A stretch of DNA of 64,000 nucleotides from Anthoceros angustus (taxonomy: Eukaryota > Plantae > Anthocerotophyta), in assembly GCA_010909165.1 (NCBI GenBank), contig MU008174.1:248001-312000 (forward strand), written 5' to 3'. Below, piece by piece: positions 31,844 through 42,070 of the stretch (position 1 is its first letter; each line of letters begins with the position of its first letter). The translations under genes were made by a program, and so were the position numbers. The notes below the pieces were generated by a model. That model was not told where the DNA came from and searched no databases. It saw only the letters and a list, made by a program, of their open reading frames with translations.

Positions 31844-33376
31844 ATGGCGAATGTCGAGGAGGCCCCGGAGACAGTGGATCTGAGCGAGGCGCTTGCTGCC
31901 GCGCTCGCCTCGCGCGCGTCCGAGCTGAAGGCGAATTCGAAGGACTTCAGCCTTGCCGCTATTCGGCGCATGCTGGAGAAGGACGTGAAGCTGGAGCCTT
32001 ACTATCTGGATGAGCACAAGGGCCTGGTCAAGGATCTGCTCAGCGAAATTTTCTGCCAGGGAAGCGAGTCTGACGAAGCCGCAGAAGAAGCGGCGGACCA
32101 TGACTCGGCCGACGCAGCAGCAGAGATCAAGACATCCGAACAGGAGGCTGAGGTTCAGCCTGATCCAGCACCTGCAATAACGGGAGAAGTGATCGGGGCT
32201 GCCGTGAAGAAGCGGGCCTCATACGTGCTGGAGAATGTGGAAACTCTGACATTGGCCAGGTTCCGACGGTTGTTGGAGAGCGATCTTGGTTTGCAGGAGA
32301 AGGGACTAGACGCATTCAAGGGCTTGGTAAGCCAGCTGGTGGACAAAATTTTTGTGCAGGAGGCAGAAGAGGATCCACCTGTCGTTGCTGCCGGCAGGAA
32401 GCGGGCCAAGAATGGGGAAGAAAGCGGTGTGAAGAAGCGGGCCAAAACTGAAGTCGACAGCAAGAGCAACAAGAAGGTGCAGGATGTGAAGGCGAAGGTC
32501 AAGAAGCCAGTGAGACGAGGTCGGGTGGAGTCAAGCGATGACGAGGAGGTTCCTGCTCCTAAGCAGATCAGGGGGAAGGCGGCAAAGCGCGTGGTGGATA
32601 AGGATGCAGACGGCTCGAGTGAACGGCAGAAAAGACCTAAGGTGGAAGCTGAAAAGGGAAGTAGCAACCCGAAGAGATCGAGCGCGCAGCAAGATAGTGC
32701 TTCAGGGAGCGAGGAGGGTGCTGGTGAGGAATGCAATGGCAGTAGGGGTAAGCCGAAGCAGGTAGCTAGAGGGAAAAGCAGCAATGCTTCTAGCGCCAGG
32801 GAGGACAGTGAGGATGGGGAGGCTGAAAGTGATGGAGGCAGCAAGAAGTCTCGCAACGCCAACGGGAGGAAGGCGTTAGAGCCAAAGCAGGAAAATAGCA
32901 AACAAGTAGACCATTTGAAGAGTATTATTAAGGCGAGCGGTATGACCGTGCCTCCCAGTATCTATAAGAAAGCGAAGAATGCTCCAGAGGGCAGATATGA
33001 AAGTGTCCTTGTGAAGGAGTTGGAATCATTGTTGGAGCGGGAGGGCCTGTCTGGGCGAGCTTCCGACAAAGAAACAAAGGCTGTTCGGAAACGCAAAGAG
33101 AAGTTGAGGGACTTGGAGGGGATCGACTCCAGCAACATACTTCCTGATCGGAGAGGTAGGAGGGCTGCCAGTGCCACGGTGTTTGCACCTACGTACTCGC
33201 CGACCGCATCCGATGATGAAGATGAAGATGCTGATGAGAGGAGTAATAGAGATGAAGAGAACGATGCGGAGGAAGAAGAGGAGGAAGACGGTGGTAGCAG
33301 CGAAGGGGAAGACAACGAGGAAGAGGAACAGGAGGCGGATGAAAGTGAGGGAGGAGGAGGTGATGAGAGTGAATAG
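31844..33376 (+). CDS. CHZ/HIRIP3-like histone chaperone with two N-terminal DEK-C-like helical repeats and an acidic tail; intronless, 510 aa
   Basis: ATG at 31844 (MANVEEAP). FSLAAIRRMLEKDVKL and LTLARFRRLLESDLGL repeats, a K/E/S-rich linker, LKSIIKASGMTVPPSIYKK...LEGIDSSNILPDRRGRR, and a D/E tail. Confidence 0.8.
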   Translation: MANVEEAPETVDLSEALAAALASRASELKANSKDFSLAAIRRMLEKDVKLEPYYLDEHKGLVKDLLSEIFCQGSESDEAAEEAADHDSADAAAEIKTSEQEAEVQPDPAPAITGEVIGAAVKKRASYVLENVETLTLARFRRLLESDLGLQEKGLDAFKGLVSQLVDKIFVQEAEEDPPVVAAGRKRAKNGEESGVKKRAKTEVDSKSNKKVQDVKAKVKKPVRRGRVESSDDEEVPAPKQIRGKAAKRVVDKDADGSSERQKRPKVEAEKGSSNPKRSSAQQDSASGSEEGAGEECNGSRGKPKQVARGKSSNASSAREDSEDGEAESDGGSKKSRNANGRKALEPKQENSKQVDHLKSIIKASGMTVPPSIYKKAKNAPEGRYESVLVKELESLLEREGLSGRASDKETKAVRKRKEKLRDLEGIDSSNILPDRRGRRAASATVFAPTYSPTASDDEDEDADERSNRDEENDAEEEEEEDGGSSEGEDNEEEEQEADESEGGGGDESE

Positions 33377-34168
33377 TGCTGGCCTGCTCTACAGAATTAT
33401 GGTATCAACTGACAGTCAAAATATCTCGTGTCTCTACAATCCGGAGCTAAACTTGGAGTCGGGTGTGGATTGTTCTGATCTGGAACTGGTAATGGTGGAC
33501 GATGGCCTGCATTGGGCATGACATAGTGCTCAACTTGTAAGCTGGTGACCCTGGGAAGCAGATGCGCGCACCTGGGTGATATGGATGGATCTCCAGTCAT
33601 GAGGAAATCGGCACACAAGGTCTCGTTGGTCACCTGTCTACTACGGAGCTTTCGAAGGGCTCTGCCTCCGCCACTATTGCATGGAAGCAGGGCAGGCAAC
33701 TGAGCGCACCGAGAGAGATGCTCAAAAGCACGGCAGCTGGACCAAGCAGAAGGTTAAAGCTCCTTGATGGTGAAAGAGGTAACCAAAAGAGGGCCAGTGT
33801 AGAACTTGACGCTGAACGGTGACCCGCCATGGACTAGGGCACTGGAGATGTGAGACATGATTCATAACCTTTACCACGAGGATCCTACTCCTGGTGCTGC
33901 TGGTGTTGAACTTTGTCAACAATTTCCGGAGAAAGATTCCGAAAAATGATTCTCCATTTGGTTCACATGCATTCACCAGACTTTAAACAACGGGCCCAGT
34001 GGCCTCTCCCAGCTTCGGGGACTTCGCCGAGTGAGTACACTCACTGAATGTCTGTCCTTGACGGGTTCTGGTCCCTTGTTTGGACACACCAGTTTGTGCT
34101 GGTCACTAAACTGGTACATAATTGCTTAATTGTTTGGCGTCTTTTCGGTCCGCTTTGGATAGATTTGA

Positions 34169-36343
34169 TCACAGCGTTAAACTTCCCCTTCCAACTGTGA
34201 ATGTGTGTACCTTCTGGTCATGCGGAATCCAACTCCGGCTCGGCGTTTTCCATGCACCCGCACGGCGCCTCTTTTCCTCAACGTCTTCTGCCTCGAGCCA
34301 CATCTGGGCGTGCCGGTAGATGTTGGACATCAGGACATACGGAGAACTGTGGGAAGGTTCCAGACTCACAGCGCGCTCGAAAGCCCATCTCCCAACCTCT
34401 ACGTCCGCATGCTTCTGGCAGGCACCTAGAAGTGAGCACCACACAGCCAAGTCCGGCTCCCACGCCAAGCTGACAACCAGCTCTCCAGCCTGCCTGCAGA
34501 GTCCCGCTCGCCCCAGGAGGTCCACCATGCTCGCATAATGCTCACTCCCTGGAACAATCCCGTAGTCCCTAACCATGGACTCGAAACACTGTGCACCTCT
34601 GTCCACCATCCCCGCATGGCTGCACGCCGAGAGCAGCGACGCGAACGTCACTGCATTCGGCTCCATCCCCGCTTGCCGCATCTCCTCAAAACACCGAAAG
34701 CTCTCCTTCCAACTCCCCGCCCGAGCATAGCCTGCAATCAGAGAGTTCCATGCCACCAAGTCGTGTTCTGGAAGCGAGTCGAACACGCGCTGACCTTCCC
34801 CGATGCTTCCACATCTCCCGTAAGCAAAGATGAGAGCGTTTGCCACCGCAGCGCTCTCCCGGAATCCGCTCCTGTAGATCTCGGACTGGAAGTGCATCAA
34901 AGGAGCTAGAGATCCCAGGCTACCGCAAGCATGGAGAAGCAGCAGGAAAGTGGACTCGTTTGGCTCCATTCCGTCCTCCTGCATCTCGCTATAGAGCTGA
35001 AGAACATGGCCGACCTGCTCCTGTTCCTGCTCCTGCTGCGCATAGCCTGCAAGAATGGCATTCCAAGAAACCACATCACGTTCCGGCAACGCGTCGAAGA
35101 CAGTACGGGCCTCCACCACGGCCCCGGAGATGGAGTACGCATGAATCAAGCTGTTGCTGACAAACAGATCGCACGCGGTACCGCGCCTGACAAGATCAGT
35201 GTGGATCGTCTTTACCTTCTGCAGCGCCTGCATCTTGATGCACTCGGCAGCAATCCGCGTGCCTTCTTCCTCTGCTGCAAGGATGCCGCACGCCTGGAGA
35301 ACGCTTGCAAAGGTGCGCGCGTTAGGGTTAACATCAGCCGCTTGCATCTGCGCATACAGTTGCACGGCCATTTCCCCCTGCTTGTTGTGCGCGTAGCCTG
35401 CGATCATGGAGTTCCAAGAGACCACGTCGCGATGTGTCATGGTGTCGAACACATGACGAGCATCCACGATGTTGCCGCATGTCGCGTAGACATGCACGAG
35501 AGTGCTGCAAACGAACATGCTCGAGTTGCAGCCCGTTTGGACGGCCTGGGCATGAAGCATCTTGCCATGATGCAGGAATCGCAGCTTGATGGGGTGTCCG
35601 TCTACGAGACACTCTTCTTCCATGGCTGCCAGCCTGGCACATCCTTTGAGCAGGCTGACGAATGTTCGATCATCCGGGTTTGCACCTTCGTGTCTCATCA
35701 GGCCATGTAGCAGCAAGGCATCCTCGCACAGGTCCTGTTGGACATAGCCAGCGATGAGGGCATTCCAGGACACCACATCACGGCATGGCAGTAGATCAAA
35801 CACATGCTGTGCATCCGCCATTCTCCCACAACTTGCGTACATGTCGAGCAGAGTTGTGGATACAAACGGATCTGAGTCAAGCCCATCCCTGGCAGCGTGG
35901 GCGTGAATCCTCCTGCCTTCTTCGAGGTCTGCCAAGCTGCCGCATGCTTTCAGTAGACTGACGAAGACGTACTTGTTTGGGCGGACTCCTTCCTGCAGCA
36001 TTTGGCGGTACAGTCTCAGAGCTTCCTGGGCTTGCCCTGCTTTGGTGTATCCGGAGATGATGGCGGTCCAGGAGAGGACAGTTCGTTGCGGTAACCTGTT
36101 GAATACCTTGGCTGCATGAGTCATGCTCCCACATTTCACGAATGTCTTCACTAGAGATTCCCCAAGAAATCGATTGCTGTCCAACCCATTTCTCACCAGG
36201 TGAGCATGCACTTGCCTGGCTTCTGTTAAGGCCCTCTTCTGGATGCATGCCTGCAAGAGATCACAGTAAGTTCGCACTGTGGGTATGCAGCCCTGCTGGT
36301 CGAGGTGGAGTAGAGTGTCGGACACTTTGCAGTCTCCCATCAT
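34169..36343 (-). CDS. PLS-class PPR protein (E/E+ truncated) with two elongated L motifs, intronless, 724 aa
   Basis: P-L-S triplets, EHYASMVDLLGRAG, E1/E2 and WKTPSRSWI...VHTFTVG. No DYW deaminase. Confidence 0.94.
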   Translation of the reverse strand: MMGDCKVSDTLLHLDQQGCIPTVRTYCDLLQACIQKRALTEARQVHAHLVRNGLDSNRFLGESLVKTFVKCGSMTHAAKVFNRLPQRTVLSWTAIISGYTKAGQAQEALRLYRQMLQEGVRPNKYVFVSLLKACGSLADLEEGRRIHAHAARDGLDSDPFVSTTLLDMYASCGRMADAQHVFDLLPCRDVVSWNALIAGYVQQDLCEDALLLHGLMRHEGANPDDRTFVSLLKGCARLAAMEEECLVDGHPIKLRFLHHGKMLHAQAVQTGCNSSMFVCSTLVHVYATCGNIVDARHVFDTMTHRDVVSWNSMIAGYAHNKQGEMAVQLYAQMQAADVNPNARTFASVLQACGILAAEEEGTRIAAECIKMQALQKVKTIHTDLVRRGTACDLFVSNSLIHAYSISGAVVEARTVFDALPERDVVSWNAILAGYAQQEQEQEQVGHVLQLYSEMQEDGMEPNESTFLLLLHACGSLGSLAPLMHFQSEIYRSGFRESAAVANALIFAYGRCGSIGEGQRVFDSLPEHDLVAWNSLIAGYARAGSWKESFRCFEEMRQAGMEPNAVTFASLLSACSHAGMVDRGAQCFESMVRDYGIVPGSEHYASMVDLLGRAGLCRQAGELVVSLAWEPDLAVWCSLLGACQKHADVEVGRWAFERAVSLEPSHSSPYVLMSNIYRHAQMWLEAEDVEEKRRRAGAWKTPSRSWIPHDQKVHTFTVGRGSLTL

Positions 36344-36630
36344 GCTAGAATGCGAGGGCTTGCAAGCCTGAACAGTAGCCCACTGGCTGCCAGAACACAG
36401 AAGTCCATGGGTTGGAACACCGCACCTGGCATGAAGTGTCGGTCATGCCTCTCGACATCGGTCTTGCCTCTTATTTTGCAACGATGAGTTCAGTCCTGCT
36501 GTGGCTTGATGGCCACCAGTTCAGCAGCTGAGAGCTGGGGCGCTCTGTTGTTTCGTAGTCTGCTCATCTCAGGTGCCTGCTGGAAAACTTGGTGTTGAAG
36601 AATGTTAAAGCAGGTACGTCTCAAGTGGAA

Positions 36631-39105
36631 ATGGAGGCCATCATCTTCGCAACTAGCTCAGCTGGTGCAGTGGGGTTGGATCATGGGCTGGGGTTTTACA
36701 CCGTTTCAGCGTCTGTTTCTGGTCGTCATGGCTACATGACGCGATGCACTTCATTCACCCAAAGGTCAACAGGGCCGCTTGTGGCAACAGCTTTTCTGGG
36801 TCCGACGAGCGTGGACATGCAAACTGGTCATCTTCCTGCTAGATCCAAGTGGAGCGTGATGGATGATGATGACCCTCGCGGGCCTGCAGGATACGAAAGA
36901 CCCGTAACCGCTGAGACTGTAACCGAACATTGTCAGGAGGGGCAGCTTGCGGAGGCTGTTGAGGCCCTGGGAATTTTGGTGCAGACAGACTGTCGTGTAC
37001 CAACGTCACTGTTCTATACTGTACTGAAGAGATGTGTGTTTAAGAAGGATTTGGTTTTGGGTCGCCGTATACATGCTCTTACTGTGGAGCAGGGGTATGA
37101 GTCGGACACGTTCCTGTGCAACCACATTCTGCGGATGTACGCTTCCCATGGCAAGTTGGAAGAAGCGATGGATGTGTTCAACGTGGTTGCCAAACCAGAT
37201 GCCTTCATGTGGTCTTCCATAGTTTCTGCACATGTGAACCAGGGAGAAGCTAGGCAGGCCATACACTTGTATGATCGGATGCGGAGCTCAGGTGTGAAGC
37301 CTGACGGCCATGTATTTGTGGCAGCTCTTCAGGCTTGTGCAAGGGGAGCGGACTTGAAAGCTGGGCAGCAGGTTCATGCTGATGTGTTGGCCAGTGGGGT
37401 TGAGCCTGATTTGTTTGTTTGCAATGCGTTGGTGGACATGTATGCGAAGTGTGGAAGTTTGGAAGAAGCTCATAGAGTGTTCGACGGACTAGGCCAGAAG
37501 GATGTGGTGACTTGGACAGCTCTGATAGGTGGATATTCTCAGCAGGGCTTAGGGCTGAAAGCCCTTCAGCTTTACAGTGCTATGCAAGCAGAGGGCATGG
37601 CTGCACCCAATTCCGTGACATTCGCGTGCCTCCTGCAGGCATGTGCAAGTGTCGGTGCCCCGGCTTTGGAGAAGGGGAAGCAGCTTCATGACCAGATTTG
37701 GCAACGAGGGTTTCAGGGTGATGTGCTTGTAGCCAATAGTTTGGTGAACATGCATGCAAAGTGTGGCAGCTTGGAAGATGCTCAGCGAATATTTGACGGG
37801 CTTGCTCAGAAAGATGTGGTGACATGGAATGCCATGATTGCAGGATATTCTCAACATGGCATGGGGAAGGAAGTGCTTTGCCTCTTTAAGGCTATGCAAC
37901 AGGAAGACACAATAGCACCCGACTCTGTGACATTCCTGTGCCTCCTGCAGGCATGTGCAAGTGTAGGTGTCTCCGCTTTGGAGAACGGGAAGCAGCTTCA
38001 TGCACAGATAAGAGAACGAGGACTTCAAGCTGACGTGTTTGTAGCTAACAATTTGGTGAACATGTATGCCAAGTGTGGCAGCTTGGGAGACGCTCAAAGC
38101 TTGTTCAACGAGCTTTCTCAGAAAGATGTGGTAACGTGGAATGCCATGATCGCAGGATATTCCCAGCAGGGCATGGGGCAGGAAGCCCTTCGTCTTTACA
38201 GGGCTATGCAAGAAGAAGGCACAATTGCACCTGATTCTGTGACATTTCTGTGTGTCCTTCAGGCATGTGCAAATGTAGCAGCTTTGGACATTGGAAGGCA
38301 GCTTCATGCACGGATTGAACAGCAAGGGCTACTTCAAAGCGATCTGGCATTAGGCAACAGTTTGATCAACATGTATGCAAAGTCTGGGAGCATGGTTGAT
38401 GCACAACAGGTATTTTATGCATTGCCTGAAAGAAGCGTTGTCACCTGGAATGCACTGATTGCAGGCTACACCCGTCAAGGAAACAGCGACATGGTTTTTC
38501 ACTTGTTTCACCGAATGAGCGAGTATAGGATACAGCCAGACGGCATTGCGTTCCTTAGTGTCCTAACAGCATGTAGTCAAGCAGGTTTAGTGGAGAAGGG
38601 ACGAGAGTACTTTGATGCAATGAGCACGCTCCATAGCATCACTCCTACGGCAGAGCACTACACGTGCATGGTGGATCTCCTGGGTCGTGCAGGGAAACTG
38701 GAGGAGGCACTAGATTTAGTGAGCACAATGCCTGTAATGCCCGATGGTGCAGTTTGGCACACTCTACTGGGTGCTTGCCGAAAGTGGAGCAACGTGGAGG
38801 TGGGACGCCACGCGTTCGAGGAAGCACTGAAGCTGGACAACAAAGATGCCGAGGCGTACGTCTCAATGTCGAACATTTACATGGGTGCCTTTAAATGGGA
38901 GGAAGCTCAGGAGATTCAAGAGAGGAGAATAGAAATCCAGGCTTGGAAGCAACCAGGCCAGAGTTGGTGGACAGACATGGAGGGACTGGTGCACAGTTTT
39001 CTAGTTGCTGATAAGAAGCATCCAGAAAGTGGAGACATCTATGCAACGCTGAAACAACTCTTCTCCAGAATGGAAGAAGACGGGTACTACACGTTCGAGT
39101 GGTGA
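36631..39105 (+). CDS. PLS-class E+ PPR protein, paralogue of the 2.8-9.5 kb cluster, intronless, about 824 aa
   Basis: First ATG at 36631. Shares DTFLCNHILRMYASHG, APDSVTFxCLLQACA and QPGQSWWTDMEGLVHSFLV with the 6852 gene, and ends in E+ (HPESGDIYATL). Confidence 0.95.
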   Translation: MEAIIFATSSAGAVGLDHGLGFYTVSASVSGRHGYMTRCTSFTQRSTGPLVATAFLGPTSVDMQTGHLPARSKWSVMDDDDPRGPAGYERPVTAETVTEHCQEGQLAEAVEALGILVQTDCRVPTSLFYTVLKRCVFKKDLVLGRRIHALTVEQGYESDTFLCNHILRMYASHGKLEEAMDVFNVVAKPDAFMWSSIVSAHVNQGEARQAIHLYDRMRSSGVKPDGHVFVAALQACARGADLKAGQQVHADVLASGVEPDLFVCNALVDMYAKCGSLEEAHRVFDGLGQKDVVTWTALIGGYSQQGLGLKALQLYSAMQAEGMAAPNSVTFACLLQACASVGAPALEKGKQLHDQIWQRGFQGDVLVANSLVNMHAKCGSLEDAQRIFDGLAQKDVVTWNAMIAGYSQHGMGKEVLCLFKAMQQEDTIAPDSVTFLCLLQACASVGVSALENGKQLHAQIRERGLQADVFVANNLVNMYAKCGSLGDAQSLFNELSQKDVVTWNAMIAGYSQQGMGQEALRLYRAMQEEGTIAPDSVTFLCVLQACANVAALDIGRQLHARIEQQGLLQSDLALGNSLINMYAKSGSMVDAQQVFYALPERSVVTWNALIAGYTRQGNSDMVFHLFHRMSEYRIQPDGIAFLSVLTACSQAGLVEKGREYFDAMSTLHSITPTAEHYTCMVDLLGRAGKLEEALDLVSTMPVMPDGAVWHTLLGACRKWSNVEVGRHAFEEALKLDNKDAEAYVSMSNIYMGAFKWEEAQEIQERRIEIQAWKQPGQSWWTDMEGLVHSFLVADKKHPESGDIYATLKQLFSRMEEDGYYTFEW

Positions 39106-39861
39106 CAACGATGTCTGAGTTGCGGACAAAAGTTTGAGAAATGAGGGCCACCATCACACATTCCACCCACTCTCACACGTGAAGCCGTCCCAATTGTGAC
39201 ATCATGACATCATTTCAAGGGCTGGAAACTGAAGTTAGGGATCAAGCAACTTGTGACCAGGGTTGGCATGTACCACATCTCTGGATTGCATGCAGGACAA
39301 CCAACATGAAGTGCTGGAAGCGGAAAATGGAGTACGAAGAGATGGAATTTGTGACATGGACTGTGAGCAGCCAAGACAAGAGGAGAGGCTCGTTGATGAT
39401 GGGCAGCAAGCGAATGAACTTCTTGATGGTGGCCAAGAGCAGGAGGCTACCTTGTTTTATCTGCTAGAGAGGCATGTCATCCCATGTGCGGAGCGCAGCC
39501 ATCACCAGCAAGTCCCAATTGCAAGCTCCTTGGGAGAGATGGAGTGTGCAAGCCAGTTGGATGCAATTCTAGCCGCAGATGTGCTAGTGTCACCAAGGAC
39601 GAAACCACGGAAGAAGGGTGTTGCATTCCAACACCAAGCCAGCAGGTGGCGCCACTTGTTCGCATGCCGACGAAACGGGGAAACTTGTATCACACCCATC
39701 TTGTTAAGCAAGCAGACTGGGGGTATGTCCTCACCTTGTTTCCTATGTGTCCTCAACAATTCCTTACATAAAGCATAACCCCAACCCAATAGGTGACCTA
39801 GCATGGTTTTAAGAAAAACTGAAAAATATTTTTTTCAACACCAACCTATAACAAGTTTGTG

Positions 39862-40504
39862 TTTTATTTAGGGAAAAATGATGGGGGAAAAATTCATTCA
39901 GCACGGATAATGAAGGTGGATCTTTGGGGATAAGATCAAAAAGATCAAGGTCAAGATCAAGGTCACGCCTTGTGAAGGATTGCTGTTGAGATGGCCCTTT
40001 GAAGGGCAATGGAGACTCGCTATCTGAAGTAAGCTGTGAAATAAGAAAGGGGCAAACCCCACGCCATGCTTGCGGGCGTAGTAGGATTTGGCACATGACT
40101 TGAGAAATCAATCGAAGTCCGTGGCCATTGCTCCATACATTTCGAATGCGAGCGGAATAAAGAAGTGGTCTGCTTGTATCCCGCTATACTTTCTGACCTT
40201 GAGAGCCGCAGCACCGGCGGCAACCCAACCAGGAGAGTTAATGATAACCTGAGCGGAGATGGTGTCTCGGCGGTCGATCACCAGCGTCGCCGCCGAAACA
40301 CGGTCACCGCGGACAAAGTACAAGTCAGCCCTGATTGAGCGACCTGTTCGAAGAATGTACCCTCGCTCCCTCCAGGCCATGTAGCCGCTTTCGCGAGTTG
40401 TGGCAAACATGACATCGCGGATAGCATCGTGGGTGGCGATGCGATGACCCCCATGGGGACAACAAGCAAGGCGAACCCCAAAGTCATCGAGGGCAGGGCA
40501 GAGC
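39862..40504 (-). mobile_element. 3' half (Zn-knuckle/RLE endonuclease plus 3' UTR) of a CRE-like retrotransposon; degraded duplicate at 41005-41580
   Basis: HRIATHDAIRD...RADL...ALKVRKY...FIPLAFEMYGA; 12-bp AAGATCAAGGTC repeats in the UTR; A-rich end TAAATAAAA. Confidence 0.88.
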
Positions 40505-42070
40505 GAATAATGACCAATGAGTTACACAATATAGTTGGAGTAATAGACTTGTTATGTCGAAAGGAGAAGGTAGGGAAGGGGAGACGAGAGAGGGATAAGG
40601 AGTGGAGAGAATGGCAGGATAGATAGATAATTGATATAGTTTTTGGGGCTTGAAAAAATATTTTAAAGCTTTTCTTATAAATATAAAAAGTATCACAAGT
40701 CTTAAATATTTTATTTAATTAATTATAATAATGGTGAGTACAAACGCACGTGGAAGACGCATAGTACAACGTGAGGCTTCTCGTCGGGGATAACATGAGT
40801 GAGGATGATGAAGATGACGATAATATGAGCGGATGATGACCAATGAGTTATTTAGTAGAGTTACTCGACTTTGTTGTGCGGGGCAAGGAAGGTACAATGA
40901 GAAAGAGATAAAGAGTGGAGAGATGATGGGAGGATAGATAGATAGTTGATATAGGTTGACTTTTGCTCTTGCTCTCTCTACGGTCCCACGCCTTTCTTCC
41001 TCGCATTTAGGGAAAAATGATGGGGAAAAATTCATTCAGCACGGATAATGAAGGTGGATCTTTGGGGATAAGATCAAAAGATCAAGGTCAAGATCAAGGT
41101 CACGCCTTGTGAAGGATTGCTGTTGAGATGGCCTTTGAAGGGCAATGGAGACCGCTATCAAGTAAGTATGTGAACAAGAAAGGGCAAACCCCACGCCATG
41201 CTTGCAGGCGTAGTAGGATTTGGCACATGACTTGAGAAATCAATCAAGTCCGTGGCTATTGCTCCATACATTTCGAATGCGAGCAATAAAGAAGTGGTAC
41301 CTTGTATCCCGCTATACTTCGACCTTGAGAGCCGCAGACCGGCGGCAACCCAACCAGAGAGTTAATGATAACTGAGCGAGATGGTGTCTCGAGGTGGTCA
41401 AGAACCACCGCCTCGCCACCGAAACCGTCACCATGACAAAGTACTTGGATGTAATTGCTCAAGAATGTACCGCTCCCTCCGTGGAGCCGCGAGTTGTGGC
41501 AAACATGACATCGCGGATAGCATCGGGTGGCGATGCGACTCATGGGGACAACAAGGCGAACCCCAAAGTCATCGAGGCGGATAATGACCAATGAGTTACA
41601 CAATATAGTTGGAGTAATAGACTTGTTATGTCGAAAGGAGAAGGTAGGGAAGGGGAGACGAGAGAGGGATAAGGAGTGGAGAGAATGGCAGGATAGATAG
41701 ATAATTGATATAGTTTTTGGGGCTTGAAAAAATATTTTAAAGCTTTTCTTATAAATATAAAAAGTATCACAAGTCTTAAATATTTTATTTAATTAATTAT
41801 AATAATGGTGAGTACAAACGCACGTGGAAGACGCATAGTACAACGTGAGGCTTCTCGTCGGGGATAACATGAGTGAGGATGATGATGATTTATAATATGA
41901 GCGGATGATGACCAATGAGTTATTTAGTAGAGTTACTCGACTTTGTTGTGCGGGGCAAGGAAGGTACAATGAGAAAGAGATAAAGAGTGGAGAGATGATG
42001 GGAGGATAGATAGATAGTTGATATAGGTTGACTTTTGCTCTTGCTCTCTCTACGGTCCCACGTCTTTCTT
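39866..42070. repeat. ~1.1-kb tandem duplication (39866-41004 and 41005-about 42070)
   Basis: Both copies start ATTTAGGGAAAAATGAT and end CTACGGTCCCACG. The first half of copy 2 carries many small deletions. Confidence 0.92.
40505..41000 (+). mobile_element. Displaced, inverted 3' portion of the CACTA element, with an internal ~330-bp diverged duplication; repeated at about 41581-42060
   Basis: 40733-40830 is homologous to the reverse complement of 43780-43876 (VGTSAQGRRIVQGEA..DDDED). The ATGACCAATGAGTTA...GATAGATAGATA block occurs at about 40510 and 40837. Confidence 0.75.
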
